A stretch of DNA of 64,000 nt from an uncultured Spirochaetota bacterium (GCA_963768055.1 CAVYGN010000002.1:1760001-1824000); one strand, 5' to 3'; positions 20,476-30,316 are shown, numbered from the stretch's first letter. Made by a program: numbers and translations. The notes: generated from the sequence alone by a model not told the origin.

Positions 20476-23439
20476 ATGATGACAGTGATAAAATGCGTGC
20501 CGTATATTTGTTCATTTATCATACATGCAATGTTATTCGCCCTGCTTTATAATTCTTTTACAGGCGGAATTGGGCGGGAACAAAGCGGTAATGACATTAA
20601 GATCAGCAGGAAAGAAGCAGGGATGTTTAAACAAATATCACAGCCTAACAGTGCTTGTAGCGACGAACAAAAGAACAAAATTGAAAACGAATATAATAAA
20701 AAATACAGGGATGCTTACAGCAAAATAAACGATATAATGAAAGAAAACGGATCCAATACTAATTTCCGCATCGATGACTTTGTCAACGATATCAATAAAA
20801 GCCAGAAAACGATCGACTCGCAGTTCTCGGAATATACCAGGAAAATGATAGATGAAGATATTACGAACGGCATTTTGAAAAATACTTCAGAATATATAAA
20901 GAAAATGATAAACGAAGATATAAAAAGGGATTTAATGGCTTTGAAAGATAAAAGTAAAAACAACAAAAATTCCGACCGCTCTAAATCATTCAGGGAGCTT
21001 GCCGAAATCAACAGGGAGGCCGTCAATGCAACATTGAAAAAGTTTGACGAGTCCCTTTTGAATAAATACAAAGAAAAACTCGAAGCCGATATAAAGCAAA
21101 AATATTCCGGGATATCCCTTTTACCTGAAAACAGGAAAGAATTGAAAAAAATTATCGATGAAAGCGCCGAATACTTAAAATCGAAAATGTTAAAGGAAGT
21201 CGCGAAACTGGATATTTTTAAGGAAGAATTAAAAAACAACAATGAAAATAACATCCCCGATCTTAATACAAAAATCGGGAATGATATTGCAATTGAAAAT
21301 AATACGATTAATAAATTGGAAAAAATGATGGACCGCCTTGTGGAAAAAAGCGATGAACTTGATTCGAATCCGGATGGCAAGAATCTTGATGATTATAAAA
21401 AAGAATTGTCGGATATAAGAAATGAAATTAAAGGACAGCTGGGTGAGCTCCTGGATAAGGCTGATTCCCTTAGTTTAAAGGAAACCGCTCAAAGCATGAT
21501 GTCTGAAATAGATAAAAACGAGTTTAAAACTGCAAACAAGGACCAGTTGAAAGATGCATATAAAAAAAGTTTAGACGAAACAGTTGAAAATATTTCAATT
21601 CTTAATTTTATAGCCTCTCATTACAGCGATCAACCGGCCGCCTGGGAAGGGGTTTCAAACAATGATAGAAATCCGAAGCATGAAAATAATTTAAAAGATA
21701 AAACCGTGCTGGATAATAATCTTAAAAATAAGATCGATAAATCGGCTGAAATATCTGTCGATATAATCTCGAATTCCATTGAAAAAGAGATGAAAAAAAA
21801 TGTAAGTACTTACAACGCCCAATTCAGTTTAGATCAAGTTGAAAACAGCAGGACTTATGCTTTCGGGATTCACCCGGGGGATTATTATAAGGATGAAGAT
21901 TCAGTACGGAAAGACGATTCAAAGCCGGTAAATCAGACGATTGAAAACGGGACTCCGGGAGCATCCGGGTCTCCCATTTATGCCGACCTCAACAGGAAAG
22001 TAGAAAAATATGGGGATGGGGGCGGATTTAAAGAAATCGGTTTAGGGCCCGGGCACAATGACAAAAGGGAAGGCGATGAAAGGTTTACGAGAAAATTCAC
22101 TGCTGCTGATACCGGGATGGGTTTCAGGGTCAGGGACCTTATAGAATTCATGAAAAAATTCGGTAGCAGGTCCAGGGCATTAAATTTAAATTTCGAGTAT
22201 TCAGCGGCCCGTGGAGAAGCCACGGAGGCAACGCCGGTATCGTACAGCTACCCTAAATATGTATATATATCCGAAGAACAGAAATCGCAGATCGAAGAAT
22301 TAATGAAAAATAATGAGGATGAAAATAATAAAAAAGAAATGAGTTTATACAGCAGCTTCCCGGCTTACGCCCGTATCCCATATCAGCCCCATGAATTAAA
22401 GATCGACGGTGACCTCTCGGAGTGGGGCGAGCTCGATAACCCGGTACAGATGCAGTATGCTTCGGACAACGGCCATGATAAACTGACAAACGGCGTAAAA
22501 TTGTACATGCGCTGGAACGAATCCGGATTTTATTTTGCCTATAAGTCGGACAATACGAACAGGATAAATTTGCCCGACGAGATAGAAGACGATTATGACA
22601 GGGCGACCTATGACGTGACCCAGGACAAATGCGACGGCGACACGTTCGAATTCTGGATCGACCAGGCGGATAACCAGGAGCCGACTGCCTGGGAAAGCAC
22701 CTTTATAAGGCTTTTTACGTTCAGCCCCTTTGCCGCTCCCGGCCTTTATATCGATTATTTCCGCCAGTATGAGCATAGGCAGATAGAGGATAATTATCAT
22801 GTAAGGATCACGAACAGGCAGACTCCTACGGGTTATATAGTCGAGGCTTTTTTAAGCAAGGATGTCCTTCCGAAAAATGTGGCCCTTCATCCTAAAAAGC
22901 AGTTTGTATGCAACTTTTCAATAAACCAGGGATCAGATTGGGGCCCGTATTCGTCCCAGTGGTCTGCATCCAGGGCTATCGACAGCAGGGTCAGGCCTAA
23001 TACCTGGGGATGCATTGAGCTGATGGGTTATAAGCCTGAAATCGAGGTAAAGGATTATAACCAGGAGGGCCCTGGGGGGAAGGGGTCTGAATTTATATTC
23101 CCGGGCCAGGCTGTGAAAATTTATATAAAGGACCCTGAAAGGATATTCGATTCGAGCAGCCGCGAGATGATCCCCGCATATGTCGGGATCATAGGAAACG
23201 ATAATAAAAAAAAGATCAATCTTATTGAAACGGAGAAAGGTTCGGGTCTCTTTTATGCAAGCATAAATACAAAATCCTTTGAAAACTCGACAATGGCAGA
23301 CGCACTCCTTGTTAGGCCCGGCGATATTTTATTTGTAGAATACAGAAAATACAATGAATCTTCCACTGACGAGGCTTTCAATCAGAAATATTTCCTGTAC
23401 CTTCCGGTAGTAAATTCGTTTTATTCGACAATGAAATAA
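20476..23439 (+). CDS. 987-aa membrane-anchored protein: TonB/TolA-type TM anchor, long helical region, CBM9-like domain
   Basis: N-terminal TM containing SFIIH (SxxxH); K/E/N-rich helical region to about aa 440; KIDGDLSEW..LYMRWNESGFYFA..GDTFEFWID..GYIVEAFL (CBM9/DOMON-like); directly upstream of exbB/exbD. Confidence 0.6.
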   Translation: MMTVIKCVPYICSFIIHAMLFALLYNSFTGGIGREQSGNDIKISRKEAGMFKQISQPNSACSDEQKNKIENEYNKKYRDAYSKINDIMKENGSNTNFRIDDFVNDINKSQKTIDSQFSEYTRKMIDEDITNGILKNTSEYIKKMINEDIKRDLMALKDKSKNNKNSDRSKSFRELAEINREAVNATLKKFDESLLNKYKEKLEADIKQKYSGISLLPENRKELKKIIDESAEYLKSKMLKEVAKLDIFKEELKNNNENNIPDLNTKIGNDIAIENNTINKLEKMMDRLVEKSDELDSNPDGKNLDDYKKELSDIRNEIKGQLGELLDKADSLSLKETAQSMMSEIDKNEFKTANKDQLKDAYKKSLDETVENISILNFIASHYSDQPAAWEGVSNNDRNPKHENNLKDKTVLDNNLKNKIDKSAEISVDIISNSIEKEMKKNVSTYNAQFSLDQVENSRTYAFGIHPGDYYKDEDSVRKDDSKPVNQTIENGTPGASGSPIYADLNRKVEKYGDGGGFKEIGLGPGHNDKREGDERFTRKFTAADTGMGFRVRDLIEFMKKFGSRSRALNLNFEYSAARGEATEATPVSYSYPKYVYISEEQKSQIEELMKNNEDENNKKEMSLYSSFPAYARIPYQPHELKIDGDLSEWGELDNPVQMQYASDNGHDKLTNGVKLYMRWNESGFYFAYKSDNTNRINLPDEIEDDYDRATYDVTQDKCDGDTFEFWIDQADNQEPTAWESTFIRLFTFSPFAAPGLYIDYFRQYEHRQIEDNYHVRITNRQTPTGYIVEAFLSKDVLPKNVALHPKKQFVCNFSINQGSDWGPYSSQWSASRAIDSRVRPNTWGCIELMGYKPEIEVKDYNQEGPGGKGSEFIFPGQAVKIYIKDPERIFDSSSREMIPAYVGIIGNDNKKKINLIETEKGSGLFYASINTKSFENSTMADALLVRPGDILFVEYRKYNESSTDEAFNQKYFLYLPVVNSFYSTMK

Positions 23440-23471
23440 AGGGCCGAAAGGTCCTGTAAAGGAGGAATTAT

Positions 23472-24107
23472 ATGAGCTATACCGAGATTTATTCGCCTGT
23501 TCTATACCCCATGTGGCTGATGTCGTTTATTCTGGTGGCTCTTGTTATCGACAGGCTCTGGTTCCTGAGGAAAAGAAGTATTTTCGACAAAAATATGATC
23601 AAAGACGTCCAGAAGCATGCGTTGCTTCTTGAGTTCGATAAGGCCCGGGAAAGGGCTGAAAGTTCCAAAAGCTTGCTGGGAAAGGCATGGAGCAAGGGCT
23701 TTCGGGAGTTTCTTAGCGGAGGGACAAATCTTATGGACGCTCTTTCCGAATCTACTTATTTAATGATGTCTCCTCTAAAAAGAAACATTACCGCGATCGG
23801 CACAGTTGCTTCGATAGCCCCTCTGTTCGGACTCCTCGGTACCCTCATCGGGCTCATAATAATCTTTTCACAGCTTGGGGGAGCCGGGGCCGATGAAAAA
23901 AAGCAGCTTGCCGTCGGAATAGGTCATGCCCTCTATTCTACTATCGGCGGACTTGCCGTAGCTATACCGGGAATAATATTTTACCGTTATTTTAAATCGA
24001 AGCTTTCCAGGTATTCGGAAAACGCGGAATACGAGATCGACCTGATCAAGCATAACTATATGATTTCAAAAAATATTAAAGCCGCTAAGTCAGAACAGGA
24101 AGGATAA
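23472..24107 (+). CDS. exbB: MotA/TolQ/ExbB proton channel protein
   Basis: APLFGLLGTLIG and ALYSTIGGLAVAIP; AGGAGG RBS. Confidence 0.92.
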   Translation: MSYTEIYSPVLYPMWLMSFILVALVIDRLWFLRKRSIFDKNMIKDVQKHALLLEFDKARERAESSKSLLGKAWSKGFREFLSGGTNLMDALSESTYLMMSPLKRNITAIGTVASIAPLFGLLGTLIGLIIIFSQLGGAGADEKKQLAVGIGHALYSTIGGLAVAIPGIIFYRYFKSKLSRYSENAEYEIDLIKHNYMISKNIKAAKSEQEG

Positions 24108-24111
24108 AGGT

Positions 24112-24552
24112 ATGAGAAGGATCATTAGTTTTGACGATGATGAAGAATTATTGAATCTCATCCCCCTTATAGACTGCCTGTTTATTCTGATTATATTCCT
24201 TGTAACCGCGCTGACTTTTAAAGAGCAGATATTCAAACCCGATGAAAAGAAAATGTACGGCATAGAACTGCCTCAATCAAAAAAGAATGAAACCATAAAT
24301 GTTGACGATCCCCTCATTATCTATGTCAAGTCGAACGGCGATTATTTTATCGAAGAAAAAAAATACGATGAGGATTCCATCGACGCCTTTTTCACGCTGA
24401 AGGGAAAAAGTGAAAACAAGGTCGTTATATATGGGGATAAAAAATGCCCGTATGAAAAGATCGTCTATCTAACCGAAATTGCGAGATCTCATGGGATCAA
24501 TTACATAGCCTTTTATGTTATGGAGAAAACGGCCCAGGAAGCTGTAAATTGA
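24112..24552 (+). CDS. exbD: ExbD/TolR family protein
   Basis: NLIPLIDCLFILIIF (conserved TM Asp), IELP, VVIYGDK. Confidence 0.92.
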   Translation: MRRIISFDDDEELLNLIPLIDCLFILIIFLVTALTFKEQIFKPDEKKMYGIELPQSKKNETINVDDPLIIYVKSNGDYFIEEKKYDEDSIDAFFTLKGKSENKVVIYGDKKCPYEKIVYLTEIARSHGINYIAFYVMEKTAQEAVN

Positions 24553-25469
24553 ATTGCGGGCCGGCGGTATGTTTTGACGACGTATCGTGCAAAATCTCCA
24601 GGAATACCGTGCTCAGCCATATAAATCTCAATATTAGTTATGGCAGCATTCAAGGCATTCTGGGCCCGAACGGCGCCGGTAAAACAACCCTTCTATCTAT
24701 AGTACTGGGCTTAAGGCGCCATACCGGAGGAAGAGCAACCGTATTGGGTGAAAAACTGCCCGGGGGAGGAAACGGTTTACTGAGGCGGATTGGAGCGGTT
24801 CTTCAGGAAACCGCTCTCTATGAAGAACTGACAGCCTATGAGAACCTTCTTTTTTCCGCTTCTCTTTACGGAATTTCCAATCCTAAAAAGAGAATTTTAG
24901 AGGTCCAGGAACTTCTTGGACTTTCTGATTGGTCCGGTAAAACCGTAAACGCTCTTTCCGGAGGCATCCGGCGCAGAGTCGCCATAGCCAGGTCGCTTCT
25001 GCATAAACCCGATTTGCTAGTGATTGATGAACCTACGCTGGGTGTAGACGCCGAAGCAAGGCATGACATCTGGTCTCATTTGAGACTGTTAAGAAAAGAG
25101 GGAACAACGATACTGGCGGCCACAAATTATATCGATGAAGCCCTGGCAATATGCGATATAGTTTCGGTCATAAGGTCGGGCTCTCTTATTGTTACTGAAA
25201 AACCCGGAATATTAATCGAACGTGCAGGGCGTTGCCTTGATATAGAATGTAAAGCGGAGAATTCCGCGGAAATAATGTCATTGCTTGAAAAAACCGAAGG
25301 GATTGTTCGGATGGAAAAGACGCCTATCGGTTTGACGATATTTATGAACGGCATTTCAAAGCCGGAAAAGCTTATCATGGATGTTATGAATTCAGTTAAA
25401 ATAAACTCCTTTCGAATCAGGCCACCGGATCTTGCTGAGGTTTTCAGCGCGCTGGAAAGCAATTTATGA
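24549..25469 (+). CDS. ABC-2 exporter ATP-binding subunit
   Basis: GPNGAGKT, LSGG, IDEPT; H-loop appears as TN; overlaps the exbD stop. Confidence 0.93.
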   Translation: MNCGPAVCFDDVSCKISRNTVLSHINLNISYGSIQGILGPNGAGKTTLLSIVLGLRRHTGGRATVLGEKLPGGGNGLLRRIGAVLQETALYEELTAYENLLFSASLYGISNPKKRILEVQELLGLSDWSGKTVNALSGGIRRRVAIARSLLHKPDLLVIDEPTLGVDAEARHDIWSHLRLLRKEGTTILAATNYIDEALAICDIVSVIRSGSLIVTEKPGILIERAGRCLDIECKAENSAEIMSLLEKTEGIVRMEKTPIGLTIFMNGISKPEKLIMDVMNSVKINSFRIRPPDLAEVFSALESNL

Positions 25470-26572
25470 AGATTATGTTAAACGCACTTCTTGGCGCCCT
25501 TCGGGCCGAGATTGCTCAAATGGGGCGTTCGAAGCTTCTCCTGGTATTGACCGCCATGCAATCTGTGATTTTTATATTGCTTTTGAGTATCTTCGGACTT
25601 ACCGGGAGCAGGGCCCCTACGGCGGTGGTCGATAAGGACGGCGGAAAGTATTCCGGGGCTTTTATCGATTGCCTGAAAAGGGCCCATAATTCTTTTTCAA
25701 TAAGATTAATGGATGAGAAAACGGCCGAAGCGGAAGTATCACGAGGGGATCTGGTATCGATGATAAAGATACCCCGTGATTTTTCACAAGAGATCGCGTT
25801 GTACAAAAATGTATTTATCGATGTCACTATTGATAATGTCGACGTTGATATGACGGAGGATATTCAGAGGGCGATACCCTCTGCAATAGTTAAATTTTCG
25901 GACACAGTCAAACTTCCCGGGATAAGGGTCAGGGTCAGTGAAGATGATTTAATAGATCATGACACTGATTTTATCCCTTATCTTGCCGTCAGTGCGCTGG
26001 CGCTGGCTGCGTTTGTCGTAGCCGGAATTTTGGGCGCCTCTGCGGTTTCACGCGAATTCGAGGCCGGGACAATAAAACTTCTTAAGTTAGCGCCTGTTCC
26101 GCCGCTTGTAACAATAATCGGCCGTATAATCGCCGCCGGCCTTTACTCTTTAACCGTACTGATTATTAGTGTGGGTGTAATTGTCATAGGGTACGGCATC
26201 AAACCAGCACATCCCGTCGAACTATCATTTGCACTTGTAATCTGCGTTATTATTTTCGGATGCGCAGGCGCAGCTCTGGGAGCTGTTTTCAAACGGACGC
26301 TTACGTCCGCTTCTCTTATTTTCGGGCTTGCTCTTCCGTTTTATATTGACAGCGGAGCTCTGGAACCAGAACGTTTTGACGGCAACGCCATCTGGGCGCT
26401 GGCCCATTTATCGCCGGTTTATTATGCGGTAGGAATTCTGGAACATGCCTTTCATGGTTTCCTGGTGACGCCGGAGTCTGTTTTTGTCGATTTTATCGCT
26501 CTCGGCATATGGGCAATCGTCTTGCTCATTATCACGGCAAAGATCATGAAAAGGAAAATATTATTATGGTAA
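25466..26572 (+). CDS. ABC-2 type permease
   Basis: AVVDKD extracytoplasmic domain, SREFEAGTIKLL, six TMs; ATGA coupling. Confidence 0.88.
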   Translation: MKIMLNALLGALRAEIAQMGRSKLLLVLTAMQSVIFILLLSIFGLTGSRAPTAVVDKDGGKYSGAFIDCLKRAHNSFSIRLMDEKTAEAEVSRGDLVSMIKIPRDFSQEIALYKNVFIDVTIDNVDVDMTEDIQRAIPSAIVKFSDTVKLPGIRVRVSEDDLIDHDTDFIPYLAVSALALAAFVVAGILGASAVSREFEAGTIKLLKLAPVPPLVTIIGRIIAAGLYSLTVLIISVGVIVIGYGIKPAHPVELSFALVICVIIFGCAGAALGAVFKRTLTSASLIFGLALPFYIDSGALEPERFDGNAIWALAHLSPVYYAVGILEHAFHGFLVTPESVFVDFIALGIWAIVLLIITAKIMKRKILLW

Positions 26573-27696
26573 GAGGAATATGGATTATTTCCATTCTTGA
26601 CCTTCGGATCTGGATGAGAATGCCCCTGGCAATAGTCAGCGCCCTTGTTCCTCCATTCGGGATGGTACTTCTCCTGATTGTGTTAGCCCTGTCGGTAGGA
26701 AAACAGCCTGTCGCTCTTGTGGTTTCTTCCAGCGGTCCTTTTGCCCGGAGGATGGCTAAAATTATTGAAAAAGACACCGAGGCTTATCTTCTTGCCGTAA
26801 CGGACACAATAAGCGCGTCAAAAATGCTTGCGGGCCAGGAAGTCGCGGCTGTGATAACGATTCCGCTCGATTTCGATTCCACGCTGGCCAGTGGAAGCGC
26901 AAGGGTCAATCTGAAAATAAACAATATCGATATTGATTTTTCCGATGACATAAGGCGCTCAGTAGACCGTTCTGTCGCTCAGTTTGACGCTCCAGGACTT
27001 GGCTTAGGTGAAAACGAAAATGAAAATGAAAATATAGATATGCCGAATCCTTATCTAATTCATGTCGCTGAAGATAATCTCAGGACAACTAATGTCGATT
27101 TTTTAAGATACCAGGTTATACCCGCCCTGGTGCTCCTCGTCCTAAGCATAGGGCTGACGGGGACAGCTCTTATGTGCGCTCTGGACAGGGAAAGGGGTAC
27201 CGGCCGTTATCTTATTATTGCGCCAGCCTCATCGTGGTCCTTTATTTCAGGAAGGATATTGGGAGGATTATTAGCGGCTATGGCCGTCCTTGTACCTTCG
27301 GTTGCGGTTTGCATCCTGACCGGCATTGTATCTGTTCCTATGGGACACTGGCCGGCCCTGGTCTTTCTTTTTTTAGCGACAGGTCTGTGCTCTTCCGGAT
27401 TGGGAACGCTCGTCGGCAGCCTGTTGAATGGTTCGCGCCTTGCCGCAATGGCATCATCGACAATAGCAACTTTCATGTTCTTCCTTGGCGGCGGGTTTAC
27501 AACGATTGCTTTTCTGCCGAACTGGCTGAGAAATTTAAGCTCATTTATACCTTTCCGTTACTCGATTGAAGGATTGAGGCAGATCCTGTTCTACCCGGGT
27601 CTTGAAGGGGTTGCATTGGACCTGGCTGTACTAGCCGGAAGCGCCCTCCTGTCAGTATTCGCCGGAGCAGTTCTTTTTCGAAGGTCGATTTTTTAA
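26566..27696 (+). CDS. ABC-2 type permease
   Basis: DRERGT motif, FLGGGF..LPNWL..P; ATG 26566 preferred. Confidence 0.88.
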   Translation: MVRGIWIISILDLRIWMRMPLAIVSALVPPFGMVLLLIVLALSVGKQPVALVVSSSGPFARRMAKIIEKDTEAYLLAVTDTISASKMLAGQEVAAVITIPLDFDSTLASGSARVNLKINNIDIDFSDDIRRSVDRSVAQFDAPGLGLGENENENENIDMPNPYLIHVAEDNLRTTNVDFLRYQVIPALVLLVLSIGLTGTALMCALDRERGTGRYLIIAPASSWSFISGRILGGLLAAMAVLVPSVAVCILTGIVSVPMGHWPALVFLFLATGLCSSGLGTLVGSLLNGSRLAAMASSTIATFMFFLGGGFTTIAFLPNWLRNLSSFIPFRYSIEGLRQILFYPGLEGVALDLAVLAGSALLSVFAGAVLFRRSIF

Positions 27697-27705
27697 ATAA
27701 TCCTC

Positions 27706-27751
27706 TTGACAAAATAGATATATCATGATATTATATATCATATCGATATAT
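27706..27751 (+). promoter_or_regulatory. sigma70 promoter overlapped by a palindromic operator (likely PadR autoregulation)
   Basis: TTGACA(27706)-17-TATTAT(27729) with TG extension; palindromes ATATCATGATAT (27720-27731) and ATATATC-N5-GATATAT (27733-27751). Confidence 0.75.
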
Positions 27752-27762
27752 AAAGGACTGAT

Positions 27763-28299
27763 ATGTTAATTCCATGTATCCTTGGTTTTTTAAACATTAT
27801 GCCGATGACGGGCTACGAGATCAAAGCCTTTATGGAAAACAGCACCCGCTATTTCATGTTCGCAAGTTTCGGAAGCATATATCCCGCCCTGCGGAGGCTG
27901 GAGAAAATGAAACAGATCGAGTCTGCTCAAGAAATTTATAACGGCAGGCTTAAAATTATCTATTCAATTACCAAAGCGGGGAAAAAAGAATTTATGAAAT
28001 GGCTTTCTTCCGTTTGGACCTTTGATAAAGGCATGGAGGAAATGCTTCTGCGTATTTTTTTTGCGGGTTTTCTTCCGAAGGAAGAAATCAAAAATAAATT
28101 TATGGAATTGAAGGAATCCATTGAAAAGAAGCGCCTTGAATTATGCGAACTTGAAAAAGATATGCCGGAAGATCATATAAATTCATTTGAGCATTCCACT
28201 CTCGTTTACGGCAAGGATTTTTATAATTTTACTAAAAACTGGATCGAGAAAAATATGAATAGCTTGAAAATGAGAGATAATAAAGGAGAGAGCATATGA
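27763..28299 (+). CDS. PadR family transcriptional regulator
   Basis: ILGFL..PMTGYEIK, GSIYPALRRLE, YSITKAG. Confidence 0.93.
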   Translation: MLIPCILGFLNIMPMTGYEIKAFMENSTRYFMFASFGSIYPALRRLEKMKQIESAQEIYNGRLKIIYSITKAGKKEFMKWLSSVWTFDKGMEEMLLRIFFAGFLPKEEIKNKFMELKESIEKKRLELCELEKDMPEDHINSFEHSTLVYGKDFYNFTKNWIEKNMNSLKMRDNKGESI

Positions 28300-28856
28300 A
28301 AGCCGTCATTATATCCGACAAAGATTTCCAGACTGAGCTTTATATGAAACTGGAAGGGCAGGTTACAAGTTTTTTAAAAAGCAGGGGTTTTGAAACAGAA
28401 ATAATAAAAATCGGCAGGGCTGAGCTCAAGTTTTGCATGGGCTGCTTCGGCTGCTGGGTTAAAAAACCGGGAGAATGTATCATTAACGATATGATGGGCC
28501 GGATTAACCGCAGTTTCGTTAATAGCGATGCAGTTCTGTATCTCAGTCCTCTGGTATTCGGCCAGTTTAGCGCGAATATTAAAAACGCTATAGATAGATG
28601 GCTTCCGAATATGCGGCCTTTTTTCATTACAAGGCCCGACCGTTCGACTATTCATCCGGCAAGATACAAATTAAACCCGAAAGTTATTATGATAGGTTAT
28701 GGCGAGAATCTTTCAGATGAAGACGAACAGCTTTTCAGCGACATTTCAAAAAAGCACAGGAGCAATGTCGAAGTCCTGATCTATAAAAATCCGTTTAATA
28801 ACATTACTGAAGAATTGAACGGCATAAAACTTGAAAAAACCGGGGGATATTTATGA
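28296..28856 (+). CDS. Flavodoxin/iron-sulfur flavoprotein family protein
   Basis: CMGCFGCWVKKPGECIIND, SPLVFG, KNAIDR. Confidence 0.85.
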   Translation: MKAVIISDKDFQTELYMKLEGQVTSFLKSRGFETEIIKIGRAELKFCMGCFGCWVKKPGECIINDMMGRINRSFVNSDAVLYLSPLVFGQFSANIKNAIDRWLPNMRPFFITRPDRSTIHPARYKLNPKVIMIGYGENLSDEDEQLFSDISKKHRSNVEVLIYKNPFNNITEELNGIKLEKTGGYL

Positions 28857-29527
28857 AAAAAATAGTTTTACTCGAAGCCAGCCCTAAAGTCAATGAAGAA
28901 TCCGTCTCAAAATTTCTTATTGAGATGGCGGGTAAATATATTGATGATTCAAGCGCGGAGAAGACTTTTATAAGCGTCAGGGAAAGTTTGTCAAAGAACA
29001 CTTTGGACGAAGACTTTGAGTCTATTTTAAAAGCCGATGCTTTGATCATTGTTTTTCCGCTTTATATTTTTTGCATGCCCGGAATTTTAACGCGTTATTT
29101 ACAGGATTATTATCAGTTTTTTATTGAACATGGCGGATTTTCAAACAGAACAAGGGTATATTCAATTGTCAACTGCGGATTCCCGGAACCCGAAATAAAC
29201 CTTGAGGCGGTAAGGGTGATCAGAAGCTTCAGTCAGCATATCAACGCCCTTTTCCGTTTCGGTATAATGATAGGCGGCGGGGGGATGCTGCTTGGGCAGA
29301 TCGATGCGCCGTTTATGAAAGCGACAAGAGAAAAGCTTATCGACGGCTTTTCGAGAATATCGAAAGATATTCAAACCGATAATATTGAAAATATGGAGAA
29401 TATTCAAATTAAAATGAATTTTCCACGATGGCTTTACTTTTTTATGGGCGATTGGGAGTGGTTCGGGCTGGCTCACAAGAACGGGCTGCGCAGGAAAGAC
29501 CTATATAGAAAACCGTATTTAACATAA
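28853..29527 (+). CDS. Flavodoxin-like NAD(P)H-dependent oxidoreductase
   Basis: ASPK, FPLYIFCMPG, NCGFPE. Confidence 0.8.
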   Translation: MKKIVLLEASPKVNEESVSKFLIEMAGKYIDDSSAEKTFISVRESLSKNTLDEDFESILKADALIIVFPLYIFCMPGILTRYLQDYYQFFIEHGGFSNRTRVYSIVNCGFPEPEINLEAVRVIRSFSQHINALFRFGIMIGGGGMLLGQIDAPFMKATREKLIDGFSRISKDIQTDNIENMENIQIKMNFPRWLYFFMGDWEWFGLAHKNGLRRKDLYRKPYLT

Positions 29528-29547
29528 AATCTCATTTTTTCTAAGAG

Positions 29548-29859
29548 ATGACGATGGATAAGCAATATTCGCTTTACATACTCCGCTGCAGCGATAATAC
29601 ATATTATACAGGAATGACTTCATGCCTGGAAAAAAGGATTGAAAGGCATAACTCGACGGGAAAAAATACCTGGTCTAAATACACCAGGCAGCGCCGGCCT
29701 GTGGAATTGGTGTTTTCTATAAATGGGATATCAAGCATAAGAGCCGCGTATTTAGGAGAAAACTATATAAAGTCGTTAAAGAGGCCAAGAAAGGAATTGC
29801 TGATAAACGGGGATGAAAAAGCAATCTGTTTATTGAATGAAGTTATAAAAGAGGGTTGA
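29548..29859 (+). CDS. Small GIY-YIG nuclease family protein
   Basis: YILRCSDNTYYTGMT, RIERHN, KYTRQRRPVELV, E..IKSL. Confidence 0.9.
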   Translation: MTMDKQYSLYILRCSDNTYYTGMTSCLEKRIERHNSTGKNTWSKYTRQRRPVELVFSINGISSIRAAYLGENYIKSLKRPRKELLINGDEKAICLLNEVIKEG

Positions 29860-29868
29860 AAAAAGTTT

Positions 29869-30299
29869 ATGAAATTAACAGAAAATTGCTACGCGGTAAC
29901 AGGCCTGTATTATGAAACTCCCTGGAATGTAAATGCAGGCTTCATTGTCGGCGGAAAAAAGACTTTGGTAATAGATTCCGGCAGCAATGCAATTTCGGCT
30001 CAAACTGTTTACGGTTACGCGAATATCGCCGGGCCTGGAAACGAGTTAGTCCTAATAAACACTGAAAGGCAGGCGACTGCATCCTGCCCGATTATATCCC
30101 CAATCTTGAAGAGGGAAATATTACCGATTGGCGGACATGGCTAGAATCTCTTGACAGAATTAATAATCTGGATATAGAGATAATTGTTCCGGGTCATGGC
30201 AATATCGTATCGGGAAAAGAAAATATCAAATTTGAAATTAAAAGAATAAAAGATATTATTTATACCGCGGTTAAAAATAATAAGGCTCCGACAATCTAA
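29869..30299 (+). pseudogene. MBL-fold metallo-hydrolase with internal deletion and frameshift
   Basis: N part (VNAG, VIDSG, INTE) joins at about 30070 to a C part in another frame (AGDC, W..SLD, VPGHG); the HxHxDH core is absent. Confidence 0.85.
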
Positions 30300-30316
30300 T
30301 AAATGAACGGATTAGA

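Noticed and set aside
27010..27033. (GAAAAY)x4 microsatellite in the ABC permease
   Set aside because: In-frame hexamer encoding an EN linker; it cannot cause phase variation by frameshift.
29548..29859. GIY-YIG gene as a homing endonuclease or mobile intron
   Set aside because: Small stand-alone type with no DNA-binding extension and no interrupted host gene.
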